Of a DNA stretch of 64,000 bases, positions 1 through 10,127 are shown in pieces (position 1 is the stretch's first letter; every line of letters starts with the position of its first letter). Both the position numbers and the translations under genes were made by a program. The stretch covers positions 1-64,000 of the forward strand of contig JBHLNZ010000003.1 of assembly GCA_048941015.1 (NCBI GenBank), in the 5' to 3' direction. Under the pieces are notes generated by a model. It worked only from the letters and a program-made list of their open reading frames with translations, had not been told where the DNA came from and searched no databases. This stretch comes from Promethearchaeota archaeon. Its GTDB lineage: Archaea > Asgardarchaeota > Lokiarchaeia > Sigyniarchaeales > SOKP01.

Positions 1-614
<614 letters not shown>

Positions 615-738
615 AATATATTTTTGAAGCCTATCGCATTGATTAAATTTATCTATCTTAAAGGAAATGTTTCTTTTTAGGGTTCTTAATTATACTTTCT
701 TCGGTTATAATTAGTTAAATTATAACTACATATTTTAT

Positions 739-812
739 ATCACATCTATGAATAGACTCTTCATTTAACGGTCAGATCCCGTAATCCAAGTTCACACCGG
801 AATAGATGCGAT
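739..812 (-). other. Structured element in 16S pre-rRNA leader with box D/C-like K-loop
   Basis: 11-bp stem ATCGCATCTAT/ATAGATGTGAT enclosing CTGA-7 nt-ATGAAGA on the rRNA strand. Confidence 0.45.
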
Positions 813-922
813 TTGCCAAGATAATATTAAGGTTTTATTGATTTTAAATTTTTTTATTTTCTTCAAGGAAGAGAACTATGAATTTATAAATTTTCGGAGT
901 TTAAAAATCTATTTTTATAACA

Positions 923-1960
923 ATGAATACAATTAAAAAACGATTGAAAAGATTAAAAATGGATTTAAAAGAAAAGATTGGGATTCATCTAGATCAAATA
1001 AAACAGTTAAAAGGTGTTGAGAATGCTGTATTAACACAAAGAGATGGTAATCCAATTCAATCCGCTGGAGTTTGGTTTTCAAAAGATGAGATTTTTAACG
1101 TTAGTTCTGCAACAAGTGCAATCTTTAACGTAGGAATTCATTTACACCCAGATGATTTAAAATATATTTTAATTGAAGGTAAAAAAGCAAAAATTTTAAT
1201 CGCACCACTGAATAGTCCCTTACATCATTCTCTAAACAAGATTTTGGAACAACAAGGAATTCTAGATAATAAACACGAATTCTTTATCGCTATCACTGCT
1301 CAACCAAATACAAACTTGGGAGGAATATTTTTACAAACAGGGGAATGTCTAAAAAAAATAAAAACTACCTTAATTACTTCTGGTGAGTGCTTTAAACCCC
1401 CTCTTATTCAATTTGATGATCAAAAAATTCAAAATATTATCAAGGGATTTAATTTAAAAGATAATGAAGATTCGAACTTAAGAGTTTCTTCATTTTCTTT
1501 AAGTTTATCTGAACAGATCTCGATCGAGTTAAGAAAAGTCTTGAATAATTTTTCTGTAACGGTTCCTGATTTGAAATTTGCATATATAACAATCGAGGGA
1601 GGATTTGTTGCTTCAAAAATTTTAAAATCTTTAAATTTAGATTACATTCATTTAGATAATATTTCAGCAATGAGTTACTCTTTATTCCAAACAGCAAACC
1701 GATGTGCATGGTTATTAAAAAAAATGAATGCTGAAAGCATATTGTTGGATTGTGAAAATTCATTTCAGTTCATTTTTGGTTTAGGAAAAGCAATATTTGG
1801 AACTGAAATTAGTAAAGGAAAACAAAAATTAGGTTTAATTAGATTAATATTACCTCAATTTTCAAATAAAATTAGCGCTCTAATAAAGCAAGCCTCTGAA
1901 ATTCAAGAACAAAGAACATTTGATATAAAAACTCTCTTAGGAGAATTAGTGATAAAATAA
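923..1960 (+). CDS. Tandem roadblock/LC7 (MglB-like) domain protein
   Basis: Two roadblock-like repeats: GVENAVLTQRDGNPI...VSSATSAIF and DLKFAYITIEGGFVAS...ISAMSYSLF...LGLIRL. Start may be the ATG at 959. Confidence 0.8.
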   Translation: MNTIKKRLKRLKMDLKEKIGIHLDQIKQLKGVENAVLTQRDGNPIQSAGVWFSKDEIFNVSSATSAIFNVGIHLHPDDLKYILIEGKKAKILIAPLNSPLHHSLNKILEQQGILDNKHEFFIAITAQPNTNLGGIFLQTGECLKKIKTTLITSGECFKPPLIQFDDQKIQNIIKGFNLKDNEDSNLRVSSFSLSLSEQISIELRKVLNNFSVTVPDLKFAYITIEGGFVASKILKSLNLDYIHLDNISAMSYSLFQTANRCAWLLKKMNAESILLDCENSFQFIFGLGKAIFGTEISKGKQKLGLIRLILPQFSNKISALIKQASEIQEQRTFDIKTLLGELVIK

Positions 1961-1972
1961 TTAGGTGACTTT

Positions 1973-2869
1973 ATGAACTTTTTTGAAGCTCTTGAGAGAT
2001 TGAAAAGAACGGATGCTGCGTTAATTGTTTTTAGTTTATTAGATAGAATACCAATAATTGTTTTTGGTGATAACGCAAGTCAAATTGACTCTTTTTTAAT
2101 TGAAATGTCAGAATTATTACACTTCAGAAAAGAATTTGTATTTTATACTGACTTTATATCCTTATCAGAATACCTTGATTTAATTCAAAATGAAAGTATT
2201 GATTATAATTCTCAAAGAGCACATATAAGGTGTCCTAGTAATGTTGCTTTAAAAGCTTTAAATCAATTCGAGAGATTTGATTCCTGGATAATTGGTATTG
2301 AGATTCCTAATCAGAATGAGAAAATAAATTACTTTAAAAAAAGTATTAAAAAAAAGATTAAATCTTTTTTATGTATCTCTCTGCTTTCGGAAACAATAGA
2401 GGTAATATTAGAAGGATTAATCTTAAAACAACTTGACTTAAGTCTTGAACAGAATCTCCTCCAAAAAATATCTCAAGATACTGAAAAATCAGTAGCTAAA
2501 ATGAAGAGAGTTTTATCTGAGAAAATAAAATCTAATGATTTTGATGTTGATCTGATAGAATCTTTACTAAATTTTGATGTTGAGAAAGAAGAGTTAAAAA
2601 AAAATATTATTAAGAAGGAAATACAAAATTTTTATTCTGGTTCAAAGAGAGCATTTTTTATTTTTTCGAGATTGAATTTATTAAATAATATCGAATCGAA
2701 TACAAAGATTGGAAGTAAAACTCTTTTAGAGACAATTGATTATGATGATGCTCCTATAGAACGAATTATATCTTTTATTAATAAAGAGTGGGGTGAAGAT
2801 TTTATGAATTTAATTGAAAAGGTAAAAAGAGTTAATGCTCTTGATAGTATGCAATCTTTATGGGGTTAG
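1973..2869 (+). CDS. DENN-like (cDENN/dDENN) domain protein
   Basis: FSLLDRIPIIVFGDNASQIDSFLIEMSELL and SWIIGI resemble the cDENN 'LLlErriilvs...L...v.al.sLl' and 'PfiiGv' motifs; GGTGA SD upstream. Confidence 0.55.
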   Translation: MNFFEALERLKRTDAALIVFSLLDRIPIIVFGDNASQIDSFLIEMSELLHFRKEFVFYTDFISLSEYLDLIQNESIDYNSQRAHIRCPSNVALKALNQFERFDSWIIGIEIPNQNEKINYFKKSIKKKIKSFLCISLLSETIEVILEGLILKQLDLSLEQNLLQKISQDTEKSVAKMKRVLSEKIKSNDFDVDLIESLLNFDVEKEELKKNIIKKEIQNFYSGSKRAFFIFSRLNLLNNIESNTKIGSKTLLETIDYDDAPIERIISFINKEWGEDFMNLIEKVKRVNALDSMQSLWG

Positions 2870-2877
2870 AATAAAAT

Positions 2878-3471
2878 ATGATTTTTGATTATGAAAATAA
2901 GACTTTACAAGTCAAAATAGTATACTATGGTCCCGCAATGTCAGGAAAGACAACTTCGATAAAATACCTTTTTTCTTATTTTAACAAACAAGATAAATTA
3001 GATTCTATTGATAGTTCAGTTGGAAGGACTTTGTTTTTCGATTTTGGAGTATTACATTTCAAAGGAACAGAATGGAGTTTAAAATTCTTAATTTATTCTG
3101 CAACAGGACAGGATTTTTATGCGAGCACTCGGCCTGCAACTTTAAATGGGGTTGATGGTTTGATCTTTGTTGTTGATTCAAGGCTTGAATATATAGATCA
3201 TAATCTTCGCTCTTGGAATGAACTTAAAACTCTCTTTGGGAATGAAATTTATAACATACCAATTGTAATCTCATTGAATAAGTTTGATTTAAAGGAAGTT
3301 CAATTGAGAAATAATACTCCTTTTCTTAGTAAAATTAATTTAGTAGCATATGATAATATATCTATTAAAAGAACAGTTGCTATAAATGGATATGGTATCT
3401 TAGATTCATTTAATTGTCTTATATCATCAATATTTCCTAATTTAACAATTAAAAGGAGTATAATAAATTAA
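2878..3471 (+). CDS. MglA-like small GTPase
   Basis: KIVYYGPAMSGKTT (G1), RTLFFDF (G2 with Arg finger), ATGQ (G3), NKFD (G4). Confidence 0.9.
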   Translation: MIFDYENKTLQVKIVYYGPAMSGKTTSIKYLFSYFNKQDKLDSIDSSVGRTLFFDFGVLHFKGTEWSLKFLIYSATGQDFYASTRPATLNGVDGLIFVVDSRLEYIDHNLRSWNELKTLFGNEIYNIPIVISLNKFDLKEVQLRNNTPFLSKINLVAYDNISIKRTVAINGYGILDSFNCLISSIFPNLTIKRSIIN

Positions 3472-3479
3472 GATTACTA

Positions 3480-3662
3480 TTAATCTTCAATTTTTAGATA
3501 CATATTTTTAGAAATTCTTTTAATATAACCTTGTTTATGAAACTGTTTCAAAAGGTTTCTTACTTTTCGTACTTCTTGAGCATCAATGCCTAGAGCACCC
3601 ATAATTTGAAAGATTGAAAATTGTTTTGGTAATTCTTCCTTAATACTGTTATATAATCCCAT
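3480..3662 (-). CDS. Small winged-helix-like protein
   Basis: VRNLLKQFHKQGYIKRISKNMY is a wHTH recognition helix and wing; ATG at 3662 preferred over TTG at 3674. Confidence 0.6.
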   Translation of the reverse strand: MGLYNSIKEELPKQFSIFQIMGALGIDAQEVRKVRNLLKQFHKQGYIKRISKNMYLKIED

Positions 3663-3771
3663 ATTAATCTGCAAAATTATTGTATATATTCTGAATAAAT
3701 AAAATAATAGTATCTTTTTATAAATTATTAATTTATTACAAAATTTATAAGATTTTTAGTAAGGTTTTTAT

Positions 3772-3844
3772 AATCCTCAAAGTAACTATAAAAATTCATT
3801 CCTATTTTGCATAGGTCATCCTTGTCTGTTATTTTCATTGAATT
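3772..3844 (-). ncRNA. Box C/D guide sRNA, predicted target 23S helix 69 (A1913, E. coli numbering)
   Basis: AATTC-AAT-GAAAA(C)-TAACAGACAAGG-ATGA(D')-CCTAT/ATAGG stem-AAT-GAAT(C')-TTTTATAGTTACT-TTGA(D)-GGATT; guide complementary to AGTAACTATAA. Confidence 0.7.
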
Positions 3845-3934
3845 ATTATAACCCTAGGTAAGCCCTAGTTTAAACATATTATTAAAGAAAATTTTAAAAT
3901 AAATTAGTTAAATTTTATAAAATTTCATTAATAT

Positions 3935-4615
3935 TTAAAAATCTGGATTCTCTTTACTGAAATCATCGCCTATAGGTGCTTTCCCATCACCATATATCTG
4001 ATATAGACCAGTTCTTCTAGCACATTCACTGAAACTACGATATATATCCTTTTTTTTCTCAAATAATGCACAAGTCTTATATATAATAGGATTCCAAATA
4101 TATAATTCATGATCAGGTTCATGCCAAAGTTTCTCATCCTTTAATACTTGTTTGAAATCTTCTTCTCCTATTACTTCATTAAGATCTTGTTTATTTAGCA
4201 TTGTTATTAAAGGAATTTCATTAATAAGTTTGCCTCTTGTGACATTCTTTAACTCTTTTAGAGATTCAATATTATCTTCAAAGAAATGTGTTTGAGAATC
4301 AACAACAAATATAACACCATCTGTCCCTTTGAATATCTTTTTTCTTAAAGGAGAGAACCTGCTTTGGCCAGCAACCGTGTAAACATGGTAAAAAACTTTA
4401 TTTTGTTTTGTGGATTGAAAGATACCTCTATCAAAATATAAAGTAGATCCGCTTGCCATTGAGATCTTTGTTAAATTACCTGTTGGGATAATATCTTTTT
4501 TTTGTTCTTTTGTTAATCTGTAGAGAGTATCAACAATCGTTGTTTTACCTGAGCCCCCCATTCCCCAATAAAGAATTTTTATGTAAATGTTATGATCTGC
4601 TGTCCATCGTACCAT
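3935..4615 (-). CDS. MglA/Arf-like small GTPase
   Basis: KILYWGMGGSGKTT, STLYFD, TVAGQ, NKQD motifs. Confidence 0.9.
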   Translation of the reverse strand: MVRWTADHNIYIKILYWGMGGSGKTTIVDTLYRLTKEQKKDIIPTGNLTKISMASGSTLYFDRGIFQSTKQNKVFYHVYTVAGQSRFSPLRKKIFKGTDGVIFVVDSQTHFFEDNIESLKELKNVTRGKLINEIPLITMLNKQDLNEVIGEEDFKQVLKDEKLWHEPDHELYIWNPIIYKTCALFEKKKDIYRSFSECARRTGLYQIYGDGKAPIGDDFSKENPDF

Positions 4616-4911
4616 TAAAAAATCTACCTTAACTTATACTTTGTAGAATCTTAATATCTTAGCTGTAAGACTAATTTGAAATGCTTTTATTTTTTATAAA
4701 ATTATATTATTTAGTATTTTTATAATTAAGTATTTATAATAATTTTTTATATTTGGTTGTATTTTGAAATACTATTTCTATTATTTGTTTAAAAGATTTT
4801 ATTTTCAATTTTATTTAATTCTTAAATTATTTCTAATTAAATTAATTCTTTGGTCTTTGTAAAGGGAAATTCAAATTTCTTAAAATATTAATAAATGGTT
4901 TATATAAGAAC

Positions 4912-5148
4912 TTAGATATTTACTATAAATTTCCCATTCCTAATATTATAATTACACCAAATTAACAATTTATTAAATATAGCGCCTTTAAATCCTTTTC
5001 TGATAACAAAATTAATAATATCTGAATACATTATCTCCCTTTTTTGTTTAATTTTTAGATTTAATTCATTATAGATCTCATTCAAAAGATCTAAATGATC
5101 TTCTGGAATCTTTACGATTTTTTCTAAATCATTTACTTTTTGCTTCAT
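4912..5148 (-). CDS. Hypothetical protein (78 aa)
   Basis: Isolated ATG ORF in intergenic space; no motif recognised. Confidence 0.5.
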   Translation of the reverse strand: MKQKVNDLEKIVKIPEDHLDLLNEIYNELNLKIKQKREIMYSDIINFVIRKGFKGAIFNKLLIWCNYNIRNGKFIVNI

Positions 5149-5381
5149 TTTGTTGATTATTTGAAAAATTCATATCTTCAATATTAGATTTAAGTATTAA
5201 TTAAAATAAAATGATTTAAATTACTCTTTTTTTATTTTTATTTATCTCTCTCTCTTTCTATGGATTCAATTTCCATTTTAATGGGTTTCAAGTTAATTTA
5301 AGTTGGGGAAGATTTCAGAAAATTCAGATAAATTAATTTCATTTTGACTTTATCTATAGAAAAGAGTTTTAAATTAGAAAA

Positions 5382-6407
5382 ATGAAAGAGCTTTTGTCAA
5401 TTAATGAAGATTGTGTGAGATGTCCAGAATGTAAGAATAAGACAACCATGAATAGTTTTGAGATAATATGCAGTAATTGTGGGTTGGTTATAAACAATTA
5501 TTTTAAGGATTCTGCTTACCTTTTTAACTGTTCAGCATCCAAGACTAATCTAAACAAACAGTACGTCGCTTTAGGAGAAAGAACAGACTTTATTGGAGGT
5601 TTAGGAAGTTTTATTGATTTTGAAAATTCAAAATATTTAAAAGATAAATCTGGAAAATTATTGGCTCCTAATGAGCAAAAATTATACAGGAGATTAAAAA
5701 AAAATTACGCTCAATTTTTAAGAATAAAGAATCATGAAACCGAATATCGAATATTTAATATCTTGAATAAAATTTCAACATATCTTAACCTAAATAAGAA
5801 TATACGGAATAATGCAGCATACTATTATAAAAAAATTATAAAAAAAGAAAAAGACATCATTAATAACATCTCACTTATTGCTTTTTGCATTTTTTATGCA
5901 ACAAAGAAAGAATATCATAATGCTCCAATAACGATAAATGAAATTGCTAGCGCTTTTCGAAATTTTGGGCATAGAGTTAATCCTAGATTGATTCTAAGAG
6001 ATGGCCTTAAATATAAAAAACATTTAAATTTAGATAGCTATCCTCATAAAAGCGAAGATTATTTGATTAGATTAATTAATGAAGTAATTAGCCATAAAGA
6101 TTTGGGCATTCGAATGTTGAATAAAGGTTTAAAAACATCTAAACTGGAATATCAAAATAAACTCATAAAAAAGGGCCTAGAAATTTTGCATAATTTATCA
6201 AATTGGCAACGTGGAGGGCGTAACCCTTTTATATTAACAGGAGCAGTAATATATTTAGCGGATAAATTATTAGCTAAGGAATGTAAACAAAAATCAGTTT
6301 TAACTCAAAAATTGATATCAGAAGCAACCAAAATCGCGGAATATTCAATACGAGATCATTATGTAAATTTACTTAAACCTACTTTTATAAATGGGGAGAA
6401 GAAATAA
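5382..6407 (+). CDS. Divergent TFB/TFIIB-family protein
   Basis: Zn ribbon CPEC...CSNCGLVI; two cyclin repeats; GRNP, TQKLISEATKIAEYSIRDHY. Confidence 0.85.
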   Translation: MKELLSINEDCVRCPECKNKTTMNSFEIICSNCGLVINNYFKDSAYLFNCSASKTNLNKQYVALGERTDFIGGLGSFIDFENSKYLKDKSGKLLAPNEQKLYRRLKKNYAQFLRIKNHETEYRIFNILNKISTYLNLNKNIRNNAAYYYKKIIKKEKDIINNISLIAFCIFYATKKEYHNAPITINEIASAFRNFGHRVNPRLILRDGLKYKKHLNLDSYPHKSEDYLIRLINEVISHKDLGIRMLNKGLKTSKLEYQNKLIKKGLEILHNLSNWQRGGRNPFILTGAVIYLADKLLAKECKQKSVLTQKLISEATKIAEYSIRDHYVNLLKPTFINGEKK

Positions 6408-6531
6408 AATTTTAATTTCTAATAAAATAATAAAATTTAGTTAAGCCGTCATTTCAATTTGGGATTAAAGCATATATTTTATTAAATTCCCAACATTATA
6501 ACATTTTAAATTGAAGTAAGAATAAATTTGC

Positions 6532-6644
6532 GCTTCTGTAGTGTAGTTCGGTCAAACTAATATTGGAATTAAAAAGAAAGTTAGGATCACGCATGCGAGG
6601 CTCTCACCCTCGCGACCCGGGTTCAAATCCCGGCAGAAGCACCA
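6532..6644 (+). tRNA. tRNA-Glu(CTC) with 35-nt D-loop intron (6556-6590); CCA encoded
   Basis: Acceptor GCTTCTG/CAGAAGC, anticodon arm CGAGG-CT CTC AC-CCTCG, GGTTCAAATCC; BHB-like helix GGTC/GATC with bulges AAA and ACG. Confidence 0.93.
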
Positions 6645-6666
6645 AAAAGATAATGAACCATAAGTT

Positions 6667-7038
6667 CTAATTGTTATTTAATTTACCAATCTTTTTAAAT
6701 AGTTTAATAAGCTTAAGCATTAAATAGGTGTAATTTTTAATAGCTTCAAATTGGTCTTCACTTTTTAATTTATTAGCTATTAAACTTATTTTATCAATTA
6801 CAATATTTTTTAATAAGATTATAGTTTTATCATCAAATTGATTTTCTGAGTTTTGGATTTCTCCTTTAGTTGAATTTGGAATTTTAAGGGAAGTAGAACT
6901 TTTCTCACCAACAATAATCACCTTTCTATCACAAATAGGGCAAAATTTCTCTCCATTCTTATCCCGAAAGATTGGATTATTACAAACGGGGCAAGATAAA
7001 TTCATCATAGTATACCCTTTACGTAGAAGTTCTGCCAT
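6667..7038 (-). CDS. UPF0148 / SSSCA1-family Zn-ribbon protein
   Basis: MAELLRKGYTMMNLSCPVCNNPIF...FCPIC; true start may be the in-frame ATT at 7059. Confidence 0.85.
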   Translation of the reverse strand: MAELLRKGYTMMNLSCPVCNNPIFRDKNGEKFCPICDRKVIIVGEKSSTSLKIPNSTKGEIQNSENQFDDKTIILLKNIVIDKISLIANKLKSEDQFEAIKNYTYLMLKLIKLFKKIGKLNNN

Positions 7039-7132
7039 CTTTTTTGAAGCTTCTTTAATTTATATCACGTGTTATATTAGTTAATATTGAATTATTTTTA
7101 ATGATAAAATTATAAATTGTAAATAATAATTC

Positions 7133-7327
7133 TCATTCCTTATTTCTAATTTTTAATAGGTTAACGATGTATCCAGAAATTCGATTTCTTAAGTGTTTAG
7201 AGTCGATCTCCAGGTAATTGTCAAGTAATCTTTTATTTATTTCAAAATCAGTTGTGAATACATCTGGATATTTGTTTATCAATTCCTTTGAGACATTCTT
7301 AATCAATAAAGTTCTAACTTTTCCCAT
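7133..7327 (-). CDS. rps17e: 30S ribosomal protein S17e
   Basis: MGKVRT...FTTDFEINK...SKHLRNRISGYI. Confidence 0.95.
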   Translation of the reverse strand: MGKVRTLLIKNVSKELINKYPDVFTTDFEINKRLLDNYLEIDSKHLRNRISGYIVNLLKIRNKE

Positions 7328-7436
7328 TTTTTTTTCAGTTATCTTTAATTTTCCTTTTTATTATAAAAAATTTTATGAAATAAATTTTTTTTGAATTTAT
7401 ATTTGAGTTTTTATATTTTTATTATAAAATTAGATT

Positions 7437-8654
7437 GTGAACAAAAGAAATCGAATAATATTCCTTATAAATATATTTATCATTTCGATATTAATACCTA
7501 AAGTAGTAAAGGGAGCTTATTGCGATTTAGATACTTTTAAGACAGATAAAGATAGCTATTATATTGATGATAATATCATCATAACTGCATTATGGGAATT
7601 AATATATGATCCAGAATATGAAATTTCTGCGATTCAAATTATTATTTGCGATTATTCTGGATTACTAATTTGGAATTCTTCAAGATATGGAGAAATTGGA
7701 GAATTTCAAAGTAATTGGACTGTTTTTATTCAAAGTTTAAATTTATCTTACTTCTTTAGCTCTAATATTATTTACATTAAATTTGTTAATATTATAATAG
7801 ATTGTGATTCTGGAGATGAAAATGAGATTATAAAGGGGTCAATATCTGTAGTGATATTGAAGAGAAAGGTTTCTTGTGAATTGTATGGATTTAATTCGAG
7901 TATTTTATATGGTGACAATTTGTATTTTACCGCCAAATTTAGTGATACTTTAAATAATTCTGATTTAATTAACCAAACAATAGACTTTCAGATTCATTTT
8001 AATAATTTAACTATTTTTGATGAAAAATGTAAAACGAATCAGTCTGGATATATCGAACTAAATATATCTTCATTACATCATTTAAACATTGGGCCAAATA
8101 CTTTAATTTTTAATATGAGCGATAACGACTTTTATGAGGATTCTGAGTTTATTTTTGATTTATATGTAGAAAAGTTATCAGTTTTAACTGAAATAATAAG
8201 ATTTGACAAAAATTTAAAAGAATTTAATGATATTGAAGTCATAATTTATTATTATTATTATTTCAGCAATAATCTTTATCCATTAATAAATACAGAAATC
8301 CAAGTACAACTTTTTCAAAACAATAAATTAATAATTTCTACTTGCTACGAAACTGATGATTCTGGGATTTTATTTTTAAATTTTTCATCAGAATCTTTTT
8401 ATTTGACTCAAAAGTCTAATAAGATTATATTGCAATTTACTTATAATGGTACAAATATACTTAATAACAAAACCTTTAATTTATATCTAGATATTGGATT
8501 GAATCAGAATATAGGAGGCTTAGATATAATACAAGTTATTTTAGTTTTTACAATTTCCTCTATCGGAGCTACACTTTCGCTCTCGTCATTTTATATTTAT
8601 AATAAAAGGCGATCAAAATTTAAGGATTTGTCAGATTTAACTGTTAAGATATAA
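7437..8654 (+). CDS. Secreted, C-terminally anchored Ig-like cell-surface protein
   Basis: N-terminal signal peptide, TDKDSYY, repeated TNQSG/TDDSG beta motifs, many N-x-S/T sequons, C-terminal TM helix with basic tail. Confidence 0.65.
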   Translation: MNKRNRIIFLINIFIISILIPKVVKGAYCDLDTFKTDKDSYYIDDNIIITALWELIYDPEYEISAIQIIICDYSGLLIWNSSRYGEIGEFQSNWTVFIQSLNLSYFFSSNIIYIKFVNIIIDCDSGDENEIIKGSISVVILKRKVSCELYGFNSSILYGDNLYFTAKFSDTLNNSDLINQTIDFQIHFNNLTIFDEKCKTNQSGYIELNISSLHHLNIGPNTLIFNMSDNDFYEDSEFIFDLYVEKLSVLTEIIRFDKNLKEFNDIEVIIYYYYYFSNNLYPLINTEIQVQLFQNNKLIISTCYETDDSGILFLNFSSESFYLTQKSNKIILQFTYNGTNILNNKTFNLYLDIGLNQNIGGLDIIQVILVFTISSIGATLSLSSFYIYNKRRSKFKDLSDLTVKI

Positions 8655-8921
8655 AGTGGGTTATTTTTCTTTATAATCGCTTATCAGAAGTAGAATTAAC
8701 CTGTTATATTGAACGTTTTAAACGACAAAAAATTCTGCTCTTTTTTAAAGCTCGAAAACATTTAAAAAAGATCGGATCTAAACGTTTTTATTAAGCTAAT
8801 AAAAAATTTATCGTTTTTGCGCCCTAAAAGGGATATTTATGGTAATAAAAAATTATTAGTCTGTATGTGATTATAAACCAAAATCTTTTTACTTCTTATA
8901 TTAGTAATAAAGGTAGATTTT

Positions 8922-10127
8922 ATGACTTTAGATTATTTTGAAGATCTCCTAAAAAAACCTTCAATTTTTAAAGATGAAAGTAAGCTTGATATTAATTTTG
9001 TTCCAAACGAATTACCCCATCGTAAAAAAGAATTATCATTACTATCTCAACTCTTTCTAGCGCTAATTAAAAATCCGAATTCAATTTCGAGAAAAATATT
9101 AATAACGGGAAAAACAGGTATTGGAAAAACGGTTACCGTAAAGTTATTTGGCGAGATGATACAACGTGCTGCCAAAAAAAGAAATCTTTTTATTAAATGT
9201 GTCCATATTAATTGTAGGAAGCAAAGAACAAGTTACAAAGTACTTATTAGAATAATTCGAACTCTTAATCAAAATTTTCCAAAACGAGGTTATTCTCCTC
9301 AGGATTTATTAGAAATAATTATTGATAGTCTAAATAATCTTGATTTACATTTATTAATTGTCTTAGACGAATTAAATTATCTTATTAATTATGATGGAGA
9401 TTTAATCTATTCTCTTACTAGGATAAACGATGACTCACTTAATGCCCAACAACGGATCTCAATCATAGGGATAGTTAAGAATATATCGTGTTTAAATAAT
9501 TTAGATATTAGTACTCTTAGTACGCTTCAAAGAAATATTATTAAATTTAAAGATTATACAAAAAATCAAATCAATGATATTTTAAAATATAGAGCAAATA
9601 TCTCTTTAAAAGAAGATGTTTTCTCTGATGAATTGATTGAGATGATTTCTGAGTTAGTAAACAAAAATGGAGATATTAGATATGGTTTAAACCTCTTATG
9701 GAGAGCTGGTAAAATTGCTGAAAGGAAAAACTTAAAATATTTAACCTCAGAATGCGTCCGACTCGGAAATCAAGATTTAATGCCATACTCAACTCAGGAT
9801 ATTCTAACATATATGTCATCTCAAAAATTAATATTTTTACTTGCAATTATTAAAGCATTGAAAAAGAACGAAAAGCAAAAAGTTACAGTTTCAGAGGTAT
9901 TAGATACATACTCTGTTATATGTGAAAACGTTTCAATTGAAAAACGTTCTTATTCACAATTATGGAATTATTTACAGTATTTTAAAAAAGAAGATATTAT
10001 ATCGGTAAACATTAAAAGTGACTCTATAAAAGGAAGAAAAGCATTAATCGAGATTTTAAACATCTCATTAAAGAAGTTTGAGAACTCTATTATAAATATC
10101 TTACAATCTAAAGGGATTAAATTTTGA
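8922..10127 (+). CDS. cdc6: Orc1/Cdc6 replication initiator
   Basis: FVPNELPHR, Walker A GKTGIGKT, HINC, Walker B VLDE, GDIR sensor, C-terminal wHTH. Confidence 0.93.
   Translation: MTLDYFEDLLKKPSIFKDESKLDINFVPNELPHRKKELSLLSQLFLALIKNPNSISRKILITGKTGIGKTVTVKLFGEMIQRAAKKRNLFIKCVHINCRKQRTSYKVLIRIIRTLNQNFPKRGYSPQDLLEIIIDSLNNLDLHLLIVLDELNYLINYDGDLIYSLTRINDDSLNAQQRISIIGIVKNISCLNNLDISTLSTLQRNIIKFKDYTKNQINDILKYRANISLKEDVFSDELIEMISELVNKNGDIRYGLNLLWRAGKIAERKNLKYLTSECVRLGNQDLMPYSTQDILTYMSSQKLIFLLAIIKALKKNEKQKVTVSEVLDTYSVICENVSIEKRSYSQLWNYLQYFKKEDIISVNIKSDSIKGRKALIEILNISLKKFENSIINILQSKGIKF

Noticed and set aside
8655-8921. Replication origin directly upstream of cdc6
   Set aside because: Only short AACGTTTT repeats; no convincing ORB (TTCCAxTGGAAA plus G-string) seen.
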